A stretch of DNA of 64,000 nucleotides, taken from the NCBI RefSeq assembly GCF_028641065.1, contig NC_073389.1:29016001-29080000 (forward strand). The letters are read 5' to 3'. Below the pieces are notes generated by a model. The model made no database searches. It saw only the letters and a list, made by a program, of their open reading frames with translations, and was not told the origin of the DNA. A program made the translations under genes and the position numbers. Source of the DNA: Leucoraja erinacea. Taxonomy: Eukaryota. Positions 10,716-21,479 of the stretch are shown here, piece after piece (positions within the stretch are counted from its first letter, which is position 1; the number at the start of each line of letters is the position of its first letter).

Positions 10716-11992
10716 AAAAATCTATTCTCCTAAATATATTCGTGATTTTATACACTTTAGTATTTAGTTTAGTTTAGAGACACAGGCCCTATGGCCCATC
10801 AAGTCCACGTTGACCACCTGTTCACACTAGTTCTTTGTTATCCCACTTTTTCAGCCACTCCCTATCCATTTAACAATTCTACAATTAACCGACAAATCTG
10901 CACGTCTTTGGGTTGTGGGAGGAAACTGGAACACCTGAAGGAAACTCACACAGTCATGGAACAGACAGCACCAAGGTCAATGGTTCCTGTATTATTCTGT
11001 TCCTTTATTATTACGTCTACCATGTTACAGTGAGATTCCTTTTTTGTTTGCATCAGGATCAAGCCCGCGTTTCTGGCACTGTGAGGCAGCAGCTCTACCA
11101 GCGATTTAACCTTCCAGAGCGACCTGCCCTTCAAAATCTTGCTCCATCTGTTCCCTTTTCCCCTCATTCCCTTTTCATAGAACTGAATGGCATCTGATAG
11201 CAGGCAATCCCACAGGTTAGGGGATAGGGAGGACTCAGTGCATACCTGCTGGCGACACACTTTAAGAGGAACATTTCAGACACGACTTAAACCTCTTTAA
11301 CTTTTATAAATGTATCATTGTGAGCAAATTATTTTTAAGAAGAGACATAGAACAAACAAGGGTAAAGAACAAAATGCTGGAGAAGCTCAACACACGAGGG
11401 AATGGATAGATGATGTTTCAGGTCAGGACAGGACAAACACGAGACTTCAGATTCTCATCATCTATATGTGAAGAATTTAACATTATTATCTTGTACACTT
11501 CTTGAAGTAGACATAGAGTTACAAGAGATATTTTCCACATGATGTATGCAGGGAGATTGAACCGTCTGGCAATCTATCTAGAAAGTGGGTCAAAGCCCAT
11601 AATCCCTTTATTATGTGACAATTGATCTGTGTTGGTGGACAGTCACACAAACCCTTCAACATGGGATTGATCTGCGAAGGGGGCAGAGCCCAGTGTCACA
11701 CAGACCCTCCACAATGGGATCTGTTTGTCCAGCATGACTGTGTTATACAAATCCTTCACTTATATAGAGAAACAGTGCCATGGAAGTGATTCAGAATGGA
11801 TCAGTCTGTCTGAACAAGATATAGTGCCACACCATGCTTTGACTTAGCAACAATCTGTGCAGAATTTTGTGCTATACAAACTATTTATAATGTAGTTATG
11901 GAGTCACAGTTGATATGTGTAGGGTTATAAGAAACAGAAAAAGGTCAGGCCTAGATGATTTCAAAGTTGAATAAGACAGAAAATGAAACCAC

Positions 11993-12109
11993 CTTATTAC
12001 TCCCCTGTGTTGGGGAAGGTTCTTGGTTGTGGTATCTGTATTTCTTCCACAGTGATTCAATGGCTAAATACGATTGCATGGACATTTCATAAAGCGATGA
12101 ACCGGTCAC
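11993..12109 (-). CDS. APOO: APOO exon 7
   Basis: ttctcag|GTG...AAG|gtggtt; 117 nt VTGSSLYEMSMQSYLAIESLWKKYRYHNQEPSPTQGSNK (human [22 protein letters not shown]); the 3' boundary is less certain. Confidence 0.85.
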
Positions 12110-12743
12110 CTGAGAAAAGTAGAGCAGTTAGTCATACACGTTCGCTACATGTGGGTTTCAAAGGATCCAAAATCACCTTGACATTGTTACTTAGCTTGCT
12201 TTTTTAATGAAACCATTTGTCCTACCCCCCCCTGCACCAAACTAGGGTTACAGCATTGTCTTCTGTTCACAATTTAAATGGATGTGAACCAAGTCTCAGT
12301 GGCTTCTCAAAAAAACACAAGCAGAAAGTGTTGACTGTACAGTATGTATCAGTTAATCTCTGCTGGTGTTTTCATCACACCTCCCTCAGACCAACACCCA
12401 CTTCACCCTGCCGTTCACTGCCCTACTTTTTATATATTCCCTCAAATTCTCATTCCACTTCCTGGCTCATCTCCCTTCAACATCTCTCCTGCTGATTTTA
12501 ATTACACACTGCAGTGCCCTAGCCGAAATGTATTCCTTGGACAGATAGCATTGTATATTTGTTGTATGACCGGACCAGTGTTCAAATCTCATTTCAGCAA
12601 TAATAAAATAAGTATGAACACATAGTTCAGTTCAGCAAGGGCGAAATATATTAAATCCCAACTGCGTTAGTAATGTTCTTTCAGGGAAGGGAATCTGCCT
12701 TGTGTTTCTGGTCCACCCAGTGAGAAATTGCAGACACAATGTA

Positions 12744-13679
12744 TATGGGTGTTTCCGTAAATACACCACTCAGTAGTGAAACTGAAGGTCTCCAAACTTA
12801 CAGGTTATTTTCCTGTTTTTTATGTAATATTCCCATTGTTTCATATTCTGTATTTTAAGTATTGTAGATCATGGTGTAGAGCCAAAATAATGAGATGAAG
12901 CAAAAATAAATGAATCTGTTTTTACAAAGAAAAATATCAGATATGTCTTTTTTCTTGCCTTTTATTGTGACATTTTTCAAGCAGAATTTCACCAAATCCT
13001 TAGGCTAATTTATACCACAAAGATTACATTAATTTTTAAATTAAATAACTCTATATAAGCCAAACTCTGATTGTGCTTATGATTTTTATTATTTAATCAC
13101 CCGATAAGATGGTTTTCTGATGCCCCAAGCTTTTGCAGCAGAACGTGAATAACAGTGTCCATTTGGTCACGTGTGAAATGGGTGAATTACAAGCAAAGTA
13201 ACCGTTTTTATATTTATTGTTTCTTTTTTTATCGTTTATATTTTGTGTTTAAGCTTTCCATTAAAATACTTAATAATGAATAGAACTTGAAATCATGAAA
13301 TATAAATCTAGTTTGCTCACCTATTTTATCAATCTCATATCTGTAGTCCCTCCGGTTTTGTTTGCACTCGTCGCAATTTTAAAATTTTCTTTTTTAACAA
13401 TGCGATTGTAATGATCCTGACCTGAACTATGGGCCTCGTGGTGTTACGTGCTAACATTTTGTAAGGGAGCTTAGAAATCAATATATTATTTTTCTCGATT
13501 TTGTTTTTCAATATAGTAAATTTTGGTCCCATTTTCGTCGATTTTGATCACAAATTAGCTCAAAATTATCAAAAGGTAGACCCATTTTTTATGCTGTGGT
13601 ATTTCATTATGATTTAATAACTTTCGAATTTGGCCACCCATGTTACAGGTTGGTACCCTTATTTACGGAAACACCCATA
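12744..13679. mobile_element. Non-autonomous TA-targeting DNA transposon in APOO intron 6
   Basis: TIR TATGGGTGTTTCCGTAAATA ... TATTTACGGAAACACCCATA in TA context; AT-rich non-coding interior. Confidence 0.8.
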
Positions 13680-14491
13680 TAGACTCTTATCTGCAGCCTT
13701 GCAAAACCACTCAGATGACGGGCCATTAAGGATGGAGAGTAAATGCTGGATTTCCTAATGACATCCATGTCACTTGAAGAAAAAACAAGATTACAGCTGC
13801 AGATTAACTAGCCAGTTCGATTGAATGAAAAGAGGTCATTTGAGGTATTCTCATCAGCACTTTGTCATGGATGGTACATTCTGAAAGATTCATTAAACCT
13901 ACTCTTAAGTGTCCTAACATGTGGACCTGACAACAAATGCTCCACCAGCAGTAGCAGATGGTTTGATAATTCACTGCACAAGCTGGCACTGGCATTTCCC
14001 TACTCCAAAGAGTGCATTGTCAACAGAAAATCTAAAGCAGTTTTTGACAACCTGTGCCAAAGACACTAATTAAATGCATCAATTTCTTTGGGATATATTT
14101 TAAACAGCATAAATAATAAAAAAAATCCTGAGGCATGTCAAACAGATATAAATCATATTTTGGGGACCTGGAAGATTGTACGCCCTGGAATTTTGAGGGG
14201 AAAAAACAAAGTGCTGGAGGAACACAGTGGGTCAGGCAGCATCTGTGGAGGGAAACGGACAATGTTTCGGATAAATTTCTGATGAAGGGTGCCAGCTCAA
14301 AATGTTGTCAGGCCATTTCATTTCACAGGTGCTGCCTGACCCGCTGAGTACCTCCATCAGTTATTTTTTAGCTCATAAATCATGTTTAACAATTCAAATA
14401 TTTAGAATGAATCTTAACACCTAGTTATTGTTTTGATATTTCTATGATGGAATCAATCAATGTGGAACTGGGATTCAAACAAGGTACTCAC

Positions 14492-14583
14492 CTTTGTGAT
14501 TTCAACTGTTGCTTGAGGATAATACAAAGAGGCGCAAGCAGCTATAAACCCGCATGAATAAATCACTTTCCTTGCACGGGAAC
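14492..14583 (-). CDS. APOO: APOO exon 6
   Basis: tatag|GT...AAG|gtgagt; 92 nt (G)SRARKVIYSCGFIAACASLYYPQATVEITK, containing the ASLYYPQ motif. Confidence 0.93.
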
Positions 14584-15401
14584 CTATAATTTCATCAAAA
14601 TAAATATAAATGTACTTAAATGAAGCCAATGGAATACTAGAAATGAAACTGAAATCAACCCATCTTATTTAGAGAGATTGTAACCAGCAGTTCAACATCC
14701 CAGTGAATCTGGTGCTGGGGAGGGTGATAGTATGATTGGACATGCAAAAACAGAGGGCATTCGTTTACCTCCCAAATTGTTTTTTGGCCAATCTCAAGTC
14801 ATGGCTCCAGTTCATAGGGCCTATTTGTGTCCAAGGTAGTATATGTGCCTGTGCCAGGAGATTGCAGACATAAGCCAAACTCAGGGATTGTAAAGCAGCA
14901 ACCTATGCTTGCGTTTCAAGTGTAGCACTGTCAGAGTGTAGTTTTGTGAATGAGGGGATAAAGCAAGATACCGCATCCCCACCAGTGATGATGAAAAATC
15001 CCATGGCACAACTCGGAAACAAGATCACGTACTACTGGTGGCCAAACTAACACTGCCCTCGGTGATCCCCATCTCATTCCTTTTATTACAACTCGCTGTG
15101 CACACATTGGTTGCAACAATGTCTATCTAACAGGAGGCAGCTGCAATGCATCATAAAAAGTTTATGTCCTTTTATATTGTCTTTGCTCTCAGCCTCTTCC
15201 GTTTCTTGTCTATATCCTCCGCAACAACCCTCCCCCCACCAAGCCACGATGGTGTGTGCAGGTGAACGTTAACCATTGTATTTGTTTTGGTGAAATGGAA
15301 GAGTACAAGTCACTTAGTCATTGTAATTGCATGACTGAGCTCAGATAGGCTTCATCAGATGATAAACTGCATCTAAAATGAAAAGTTGCTCCTGGACCTA
15401 C

Positions 15402-15500
15402 CCCTTCCGGCCAGCAGTAGACCTGCCACTCCAGCGAGTGTGATGACTCCAGCCCGTGGGTAAAATCCCGATGGCGGATTCTTCAGAAAGATATAGCCGT
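15402..15500 (-). CDS. APOO: APOO exon 5
   Basis: gacag|AC...G|gtaggt; 99 nt (D)GYIFLKNPPSGFYPRAGVITLAGVAGLLLAGR, with GxxxG transmembrane segment. Confidence 0.93.
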
Positions 15501-16898
15501 CTGTCAGAGACAACAAAAAACATCAGGACAATCCATTACTACGACTGTGTTTATGAGCTAACGGTAAATGTATTTCCTTGGTGAAAACAAGAGGTAGAAG
15601 GGTGCTGTGCACGGTATAACCAGTCATAAAACAACTAATTTTAATGATTAAGCATCCAATATGCATATAGGAAAGGTTTAGAAGGATATGGGTCAAATTC
15701 ACGCAAATGGGACTAGTTTAGAGGGAGCATCTTGGTCAGTATGGACGAGTTGGGCTGCAGGGCCTGTTTCCACACCTTATGACACTATAGACACAAAAAC
15801 TGGTATGACGACTAGGGAGGGGGAGGGACGTAGAGAGGGGGGATGCAAGGGTTACTTGAAATTAGAGTAATTTATATTCTGCATGGAATACATGAGATTT
15901 GTTTATTGCACTGTAATTGGGTTCAGAGTGCACAATGATGGCCATGATTTAGGTTTAGTCTGCTGGGACAACCCACATGATTCTAAGTTAAGCTATTTTT
16001 ACAACACACACATTATCAGTCCAACTATCAGTATTTCAATGCCAATGAGAGGACTACCAAAATTGAAAACTGAATAAGACATTATGTATGATAAATTTTG
16101 ATGAGCAAAATTATTTCATGGTAACGGTCCTTGACACACATGACTGAGCTTGGCCACCTTAAAACCACGTTCACATGTGAATTAGCAAAGTAACAGCTGC
16201 CAGCTGTTCATCAAAGTCAAATGGTTTTGAGCTAGCCTTAGATGTGCTGAAATGGGTTCATTGATCAAACAGCAGTAATCCAGGGGCCTGATCTCCAGTT
16301 CGATCACCATATACAGCAGCAGAGAGTTCCTGTGTAGATAGTCAGTGAACGGAAGCAAAGCATTGCTCGTATATTTTAAACTGTCAAGACACAGAGAGGT
16401 GTCTATTTAGAGCAACCTGGTGCCCTTGTACTTAGGTCAGCAGAGGTAATATACAGGCATTGCAAGCAATTCTGAAGGGCTCTATTGCAAGAGGATTTGA
16501 TTACAAGTGTGGAGATGCTTTGCTCCATTTACATAAAGCCCTGGTATGTCTGCAGCTGGAATAGAGTGAATAGGTATGATCTGACTACCAAAGGAAAATA
16601 CACTTGCAACAGAGGAACTGCAGCACCAGGTTTATACTTGGGACAGTGGGTTGAGGAGAGATTAAACAGACTGGACATAATCTCCAAGAATTTAAAAGAA
16701 TGAAAGGTGTCTCTTCAAAACATGCTAAATTGTTGTGGCACTTCAGTAGATGCAGAATTGCGCTAAAAATGCAGTTAATTAGCATTACGGCAAAAGGTTA
16801 GCCATGAACGGAAGAGCTGTGTGATCTAATCACACTTCTATTTCTTAAACCTCACTCTGTACAAAGCACCAAAATGTACCACAAACTCAGATCCTTAC

Positions 16899-16953
16899 CT
16901 TTTCCAAACTGGACAGTTCTTTCTATTTTAGGCTGAAGATTCTTGTAAACACC
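16899..16953 (-). CDS. APOO: APOO exon 4
   Basis: cctcag|GGT...AAG|gtaagg; 55 nt GVYKNLQPKIERTVQFGK. Confidence 0.9.
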
Positions 16954-17643
16954 CTGAGGAGAAAAAAAAGTTAATAAATGAATATAAAAATCTGTCTTCA
17001 CTAAAGAACAAAGTCCACAATTGCATTCACTACTCTGCGCCTGAAGGCATTTCTGTTTGTATTAAATGAAACGTTTCTAAGTACCATCTTTAACAAAGGT
17101 CCACGTTTGATAAGATTACTAAATGCTTATGGGCATAGGTAAAATGTGTCAATATCTAGGGTTTTCTTCAGATACAAACCCTGTCCTGTATTGGAGAATC
17201 CACTATTAATTGGGATCTGCACCTATACCTAGCAAATCCAAGGAACAATGATAGCAATCTAATAGTTAAAACAAGGTGACACAAGAAACTCCAGATGCTG
17301 GAATTTTAAACAAAAACCTAAGTGCTGGAGCATCTCAGCGGCTCAGGCAGGGAGTGGACAAATGCCATTTTGGGTCAGGACATTTCTTCAGACTGCAGAA
17401 AAGGTCTAGATCCAAACCATCATCTGTTCATTCCCTCCACAGTTGCTGCCTGACCCACTTAGGTGCCATTTTATTTTTTAGTTAAACAAGGAGATTGCAA
17501 AAAAGTTCCCAGAATACAGTAACCCAGACTTCTACCAACTTCTCTCATTCTTGGAGGAAACTATTGGGAAACCATTGAGTCATACAATTCAAATAAATCC
17601 CACTTTTTTCTCCACAGAACAAAACTCGAGAGATTTGCCATAC

Positions 17644-17763
17644 CTGATACTGGGCGGCATATGGTTTGATGTGGTTCCGCAGAGCAGAGATCCTCTCTTC
17701 AAGCCGAGTGGGTTTTGCATCCTCAAAGTGATAAGCTTTAGCTGGAGTTGTATAAAGTGACAA
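17644..17763 (-). CDS. APOO: APOO exon 3
   Basis: ctgcag|TTG...CAG|gtatgg; 120 nt LSLYTTPAKAYHFEDAKPTRLEERISALRNHIKPYAAQYQ (human LSLYSVP...QLEESISQLRHYCEPY), closer to MIC26 than MIC27. Confidence 0.93.
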
Positions 17764-17798
17764 CTGCAGAACAAAGATAGAACACTTTTGCAATAGAC

Positions 17799-18134
17799 CA
17801 GGGGTCTCCAAACTATGGCCGCGGGCCGCATCCGGCCTGCCTCAAGATTTTATCCGGCCCGCAGCAAGCTCTTAACACGTTCCATGCGTCAGTTTGCCGT
17901 GGGCTTTCTAGTTGAGGGTTTGTGTGCAGCTCGGCGGTAGCGGTGGCCCTAGTGAGTGACTGGGTGTGGGTGGGTGTGAGTGTGTGCGAGTGGGTGGGTG
18001 TGTGTGTGAGTGTGGATGAGGGTGTGTGTGTGTTGGTGGGTGTGTGTGTGGGTGAGTGAGTGTGTGTGAGTGGCCCACAAAAATGTGCCAAATATATAAT
18101 GTGGCCCTCATGCTGAAAAGTTTGGAGGGCCCTA
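17799..18134. mobile_element. hAT (Charlie-like) MITE
   Basis: CAGGGGTCTCCAAACT ... AGTTTGGAGGGCCCTA; 8-bp TSD CAATAGAC/CTATAGAC; internal TG-rich microsatellite. Confidence 0.8.
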
Positions 18135-18229
18135 CTATAGACCATTGAACGGCTGCCTACACAGGCTAAAATAACAACACTAATGCAACCATTTACCAAT
18201 ATGAATTTGTAGAAGAATTTGTGAGTTTG

Positions 18230-18523
18230 TGAGATGCTGTTGTGGCCTAGACATGCAACTGCAGTTATCACATGCTGGTGGTGGAGGGATGAATGTAAAG
18301 AAAGAATTTGTCTCCTGTTAGGATCTCCCATGCTGGACAGGTCAAAGGATAGAGGCAAGACGAAGAGTGATCCAGGTTCGAGGTTGAGCACAGGGCTAAC
18401 AACCCTGTCTCGTAAAACAAATATGTTACGGAAGCAGCAACTGAAGGAATCAACAAGGAGTGGAGGACCTTCGTTGCTGCCCTACATGCCAGGAGGCATA
18501 ATAGGCAGTAAGTATGTAAGTAA
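18230..18523 (+). mobile_element. Short RTE-derived non-autonomous retroposon
   Basis: RTE-type 5' UTR motifs (CTCCTGTTAGGATCTCCCATGCTGGACAGGTC...GGGCTAACAACCCTGTCTCGTAAAA) joined to an RTE-like 3' end (TTCGTTGCTGCCCTACATGCC) and a (TAAG)n tail. Confidence 0.6.
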
Positions 18524-18719
18524 GAAAGAAAATGTAGTAATGACTGGGATGTAGATCTGCGTACAAAAGGTCACTGTCATCTCAGAGAAGCTGATTTCCC
18601 AAACAACTAACTCGCCTCTTCTTACAATGCATGCTTTTTCTTGGTAAATCGTCTCAGTTGATCTCTCCCTCCGATATGGAACATGTCAATAATATCAAAG
18701 TAAAAAATAAAAATGTTAC

Positions 18720-18815
18720 CTGCTCAACTTTGAGAATCCCTTTCCTTTCTTCGTTACTCTGTGCAAACACAGTTGCTGACACAAAGCTTGTGCGGAGTGG
18801 AGCCAATCCAACCAG
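18720..18815 (-). CDS. APOO: APOO exon 2
   Basis: ttgcag|CTG...CAG|gtaaca; 96 nt LVGLAPLRTSFVSATVFAQSNEERKGILKVEQ. Confidence 0.88.
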
Positions 18816-18855
18816 CTGCAAGAAAATGTAGTTACTGCAGTGGCCAACATTTAAT

Positions 18856-20703
18856 AGCGTTGTTACAAAACCTACCATCAGCAGCGCTGTAGATCTGTCA
18901 CTGCCGGTGTGTGTGATTCTGGAGGCTTTGGGGGCAGGGATTAAAATGCAGATTTGTATTGGTTGACGGAGAGGGATTTCCTCGGGCTGCTAGCTGATGA
19001 AGAAAAATCGTTCGGGCTTCCCTTCCCTTTTTTTTTAAATTTGCTAGACCATTGTGTCACTGGATTGAACTTAAACCGCCTTCAACATCACGGATCGCAA
19101 TATCAGGACAAAACAAAAGGTATGTCGTTTATTTAACATATTATTCTGCTTTTTGATGTGGCTTCATTTTAATCTTATGATGCGAAAAATGTTATTTAGG
19201 ACAGCATACGAATCGGCCTTGTCTTGCCTGCCGATATGGGCTTAAATTTATGGCAACGGCAACATTCCAATCGAAACCATTCCAGAAACATCCACTCCCC
19301 AAGATAATCAAATTCTTGTTTTTTTATGCACAATCATGCCATAAGAACATCTAAATCATCTATATTTTGTGTTATTGTCCATCCATGATCAATATTTCCA
19401 TATTAAATACCCAGAGTACAGTTTTAGTCAGATGTATTGTGCAAAAAATAATGATTTTGATTATCTTGAGAGTGGATGTTTCTGGATTAATTTATGGGTA
19501 TTAAAAATTAAATTCCTTCCATTTGGCATATAAATTTATGACAAAGTGAGATTTAAAAATCATGTTATAATGTGAATTCTTGTGTGAATGGGATCAGTTT
19601 GTTATTCGTTATTAGGATACTTAGGCTATTTAAACATTTTAGCCTTTTCTTAAGAAATGAATAGATGTTTAGATCTAGTAATTGAATTTAGATTGAATTG
19701 ATTAGATGAATTAGATTTGATGAAACTGATGAATATGATTTTTTGTTGGGTATTTACTATTTGTTTTAGTGTTTAACTATCATTTCTATCTTTTTTCTAA
19801 AATTGCAAATAATAACTTGTTTCTGTTAATGTTGTTCAGTGTTATTTTTCTTTACATTTTAAAAAGATGTCTCCAAAGAAGAAATGCAAAATTGTCAATC
19901 CAAATGCCCAGCAAGAGACTGATTTGGACAGCATTCGCAGAGATTATCCAAATTTGGACTACTCCAAATGTGATGATCTACATGACATTCTTAATGGGAA
20001 AGTAGTGGGCCGAAAGGCATGTCATGCGTGGTTCGAAGACCAAAACGTTGTAGTTCACAATGCCAAAATTGAAAAGTTGAGGAAAAACAAGGTGTACAGA
20101 GTTGCTTGTTGTTTACAATCTGAGGAGTATGATGATGCTTCTGATTATGATATGCCAATGTACCAGCTAGCAACTGATCTTCTCTATAAAGACGGTCTTT
20201 TGCTAGAAATTGTCATTTCTTTACCGATCTGTTACAGACTTACAGCATATAATACAATAATATTAAAGTTCTGAACTTGAGAATATCACATTTTTTAATT
20301 TGCAAGGCAGTCTGGGTGTTTATTACTATTTCTGTCACAAAGATCAATTTTGTAATTAGCTACAATTAGGTAACTAACTAATTATATGCTTTAATATCAG
20401 GTCATCCAAGTAAGATGTTTTATATTTGTTTCAGAATGCTTCAATATACAATAACTGCCAATTTCATTCAGTTCTCTTAATTTTTAAGAAAGTTATGGGC
20501 TTTTGACTGTCCTCGATCACAGCTTTTGTGTTAAGTCAATGGAAAAGCAATAGGGAACAAGATGCCAATTTCCGAGTATGACTTTTACAATACTGAAGAT
20601 ATGAAAGTGAATTAGGTATCAAATTAAAGTTATTTTTATTCTTTATCTGATGGGATAAATTATAGGCTTGATTTTCAAGATTTCAAAATGTTGGAACATT
20701 CCT
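18856..20703. mobile_element. 1.85-kb DNA-transposon-like element in APOO intron 1 carrying an ORF
   Basis: Perfect flanking direct repeat ACATTTAAT (18847-18855, 20704-20712); imperfect TIRs AGCGTTGTTACAA / AGGAATGTTCCAA (rc). Confidence 0.7.
19867..20274 (+). CDS. Element-borne hypothetical 135-aa protein with N-terminal NLS and Tudor/Spin-Ssty-like pattern
   Basis: Open frame with globular composition in AT-rich DNA; ATG directly after a pyrimidine tract and AG; upstream donor AG|gtatgt at 19120; MSPKKKCK. Confidence 0.5.
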   Translation: MSPKKKCKIVNPNAQQETDLDSIRRDYPNLDYSKCDDLHDILNGKVVGRKACHAWFEDQNVVVHNAKIEKLRKNKVYRVACCLQSEEYDDASDYDMPMYQLATDLLYKDGLLLEIVISLPICYRLTAYNTIILKF

Positions 20704-20724
20704 ACATTTAATTTGTGGAATATA

Positions 20725-21359
20725 GGGTGATTTCACCAAAGGTCAAATGAGCGTAGATCCCCCCTCACGTGACTGAAACATTTAACTGGAGGACATGTCA
20801 CTTCGGTACATGTTAGTGAATGGGGAAACACGCACTTTCACACCCGTTAAAAACATGGAAAACGACCGATGGAACTGAAGGTGCCAATCCAGCGGAAGTG
20901 CTTAGCAGACATTTGCCATGGAGATTTAAAGGTCCAAAATATCAGGAATTATCGCGTTTGCTCGCAGAATTTCATCAAAAGTAAGTTAATAATGCCTTAC
21001 TTTTGACGAAATTCAGCGAGCAAACGCGATAATCCCCGATATTTTGGATCTTTAAATCTCCACGGCAAATCTCTGCTAAGCACTTCCGCTGGATTGGCAC
21101 CTTCAGTTCCCTCTTGTAATTACCTTACTTTCTATCTTTTTCTTTGCCTGAAAATTTAGGTCGCTGTGCTTCTCGGTCACCCCGACTAGCACAGAAAATT
21201 TCAGCTCAAATATCGGCCGTTTTCCATGTTTCTAACGGGTGTGAAAGTGCGTGTTTCCCCATTCACTAACATGTACCGAAGTGACATATGTCCTCCAGTT
21301 AAATTTTTCGGTCACGTGAGGGGGGATCTACGCTCATTTCAACTTTGGTGAAATCACCC
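20725..21359. mobile_element. Foldback-type MITE with ~260-bp inverted arms
   Basis: GGGTGATTTCACCAAAG ... CTTTGGTGAAATCACCC flanked by TATA; arms pair up to a 10-nt loop at 20986-20995. Confidence 0.85.
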
Positions 21360-21479
21360 TATAAGATCTTTGGATGGGACCCCATCACTGGCCCGCTAGT
21401 TCACGGGGTGTAATGCTACCCGTGGCCTCTGTCCTCCACTGATCCCCTGCCACTGACCGACACAGACTGTCTGTCCTCA

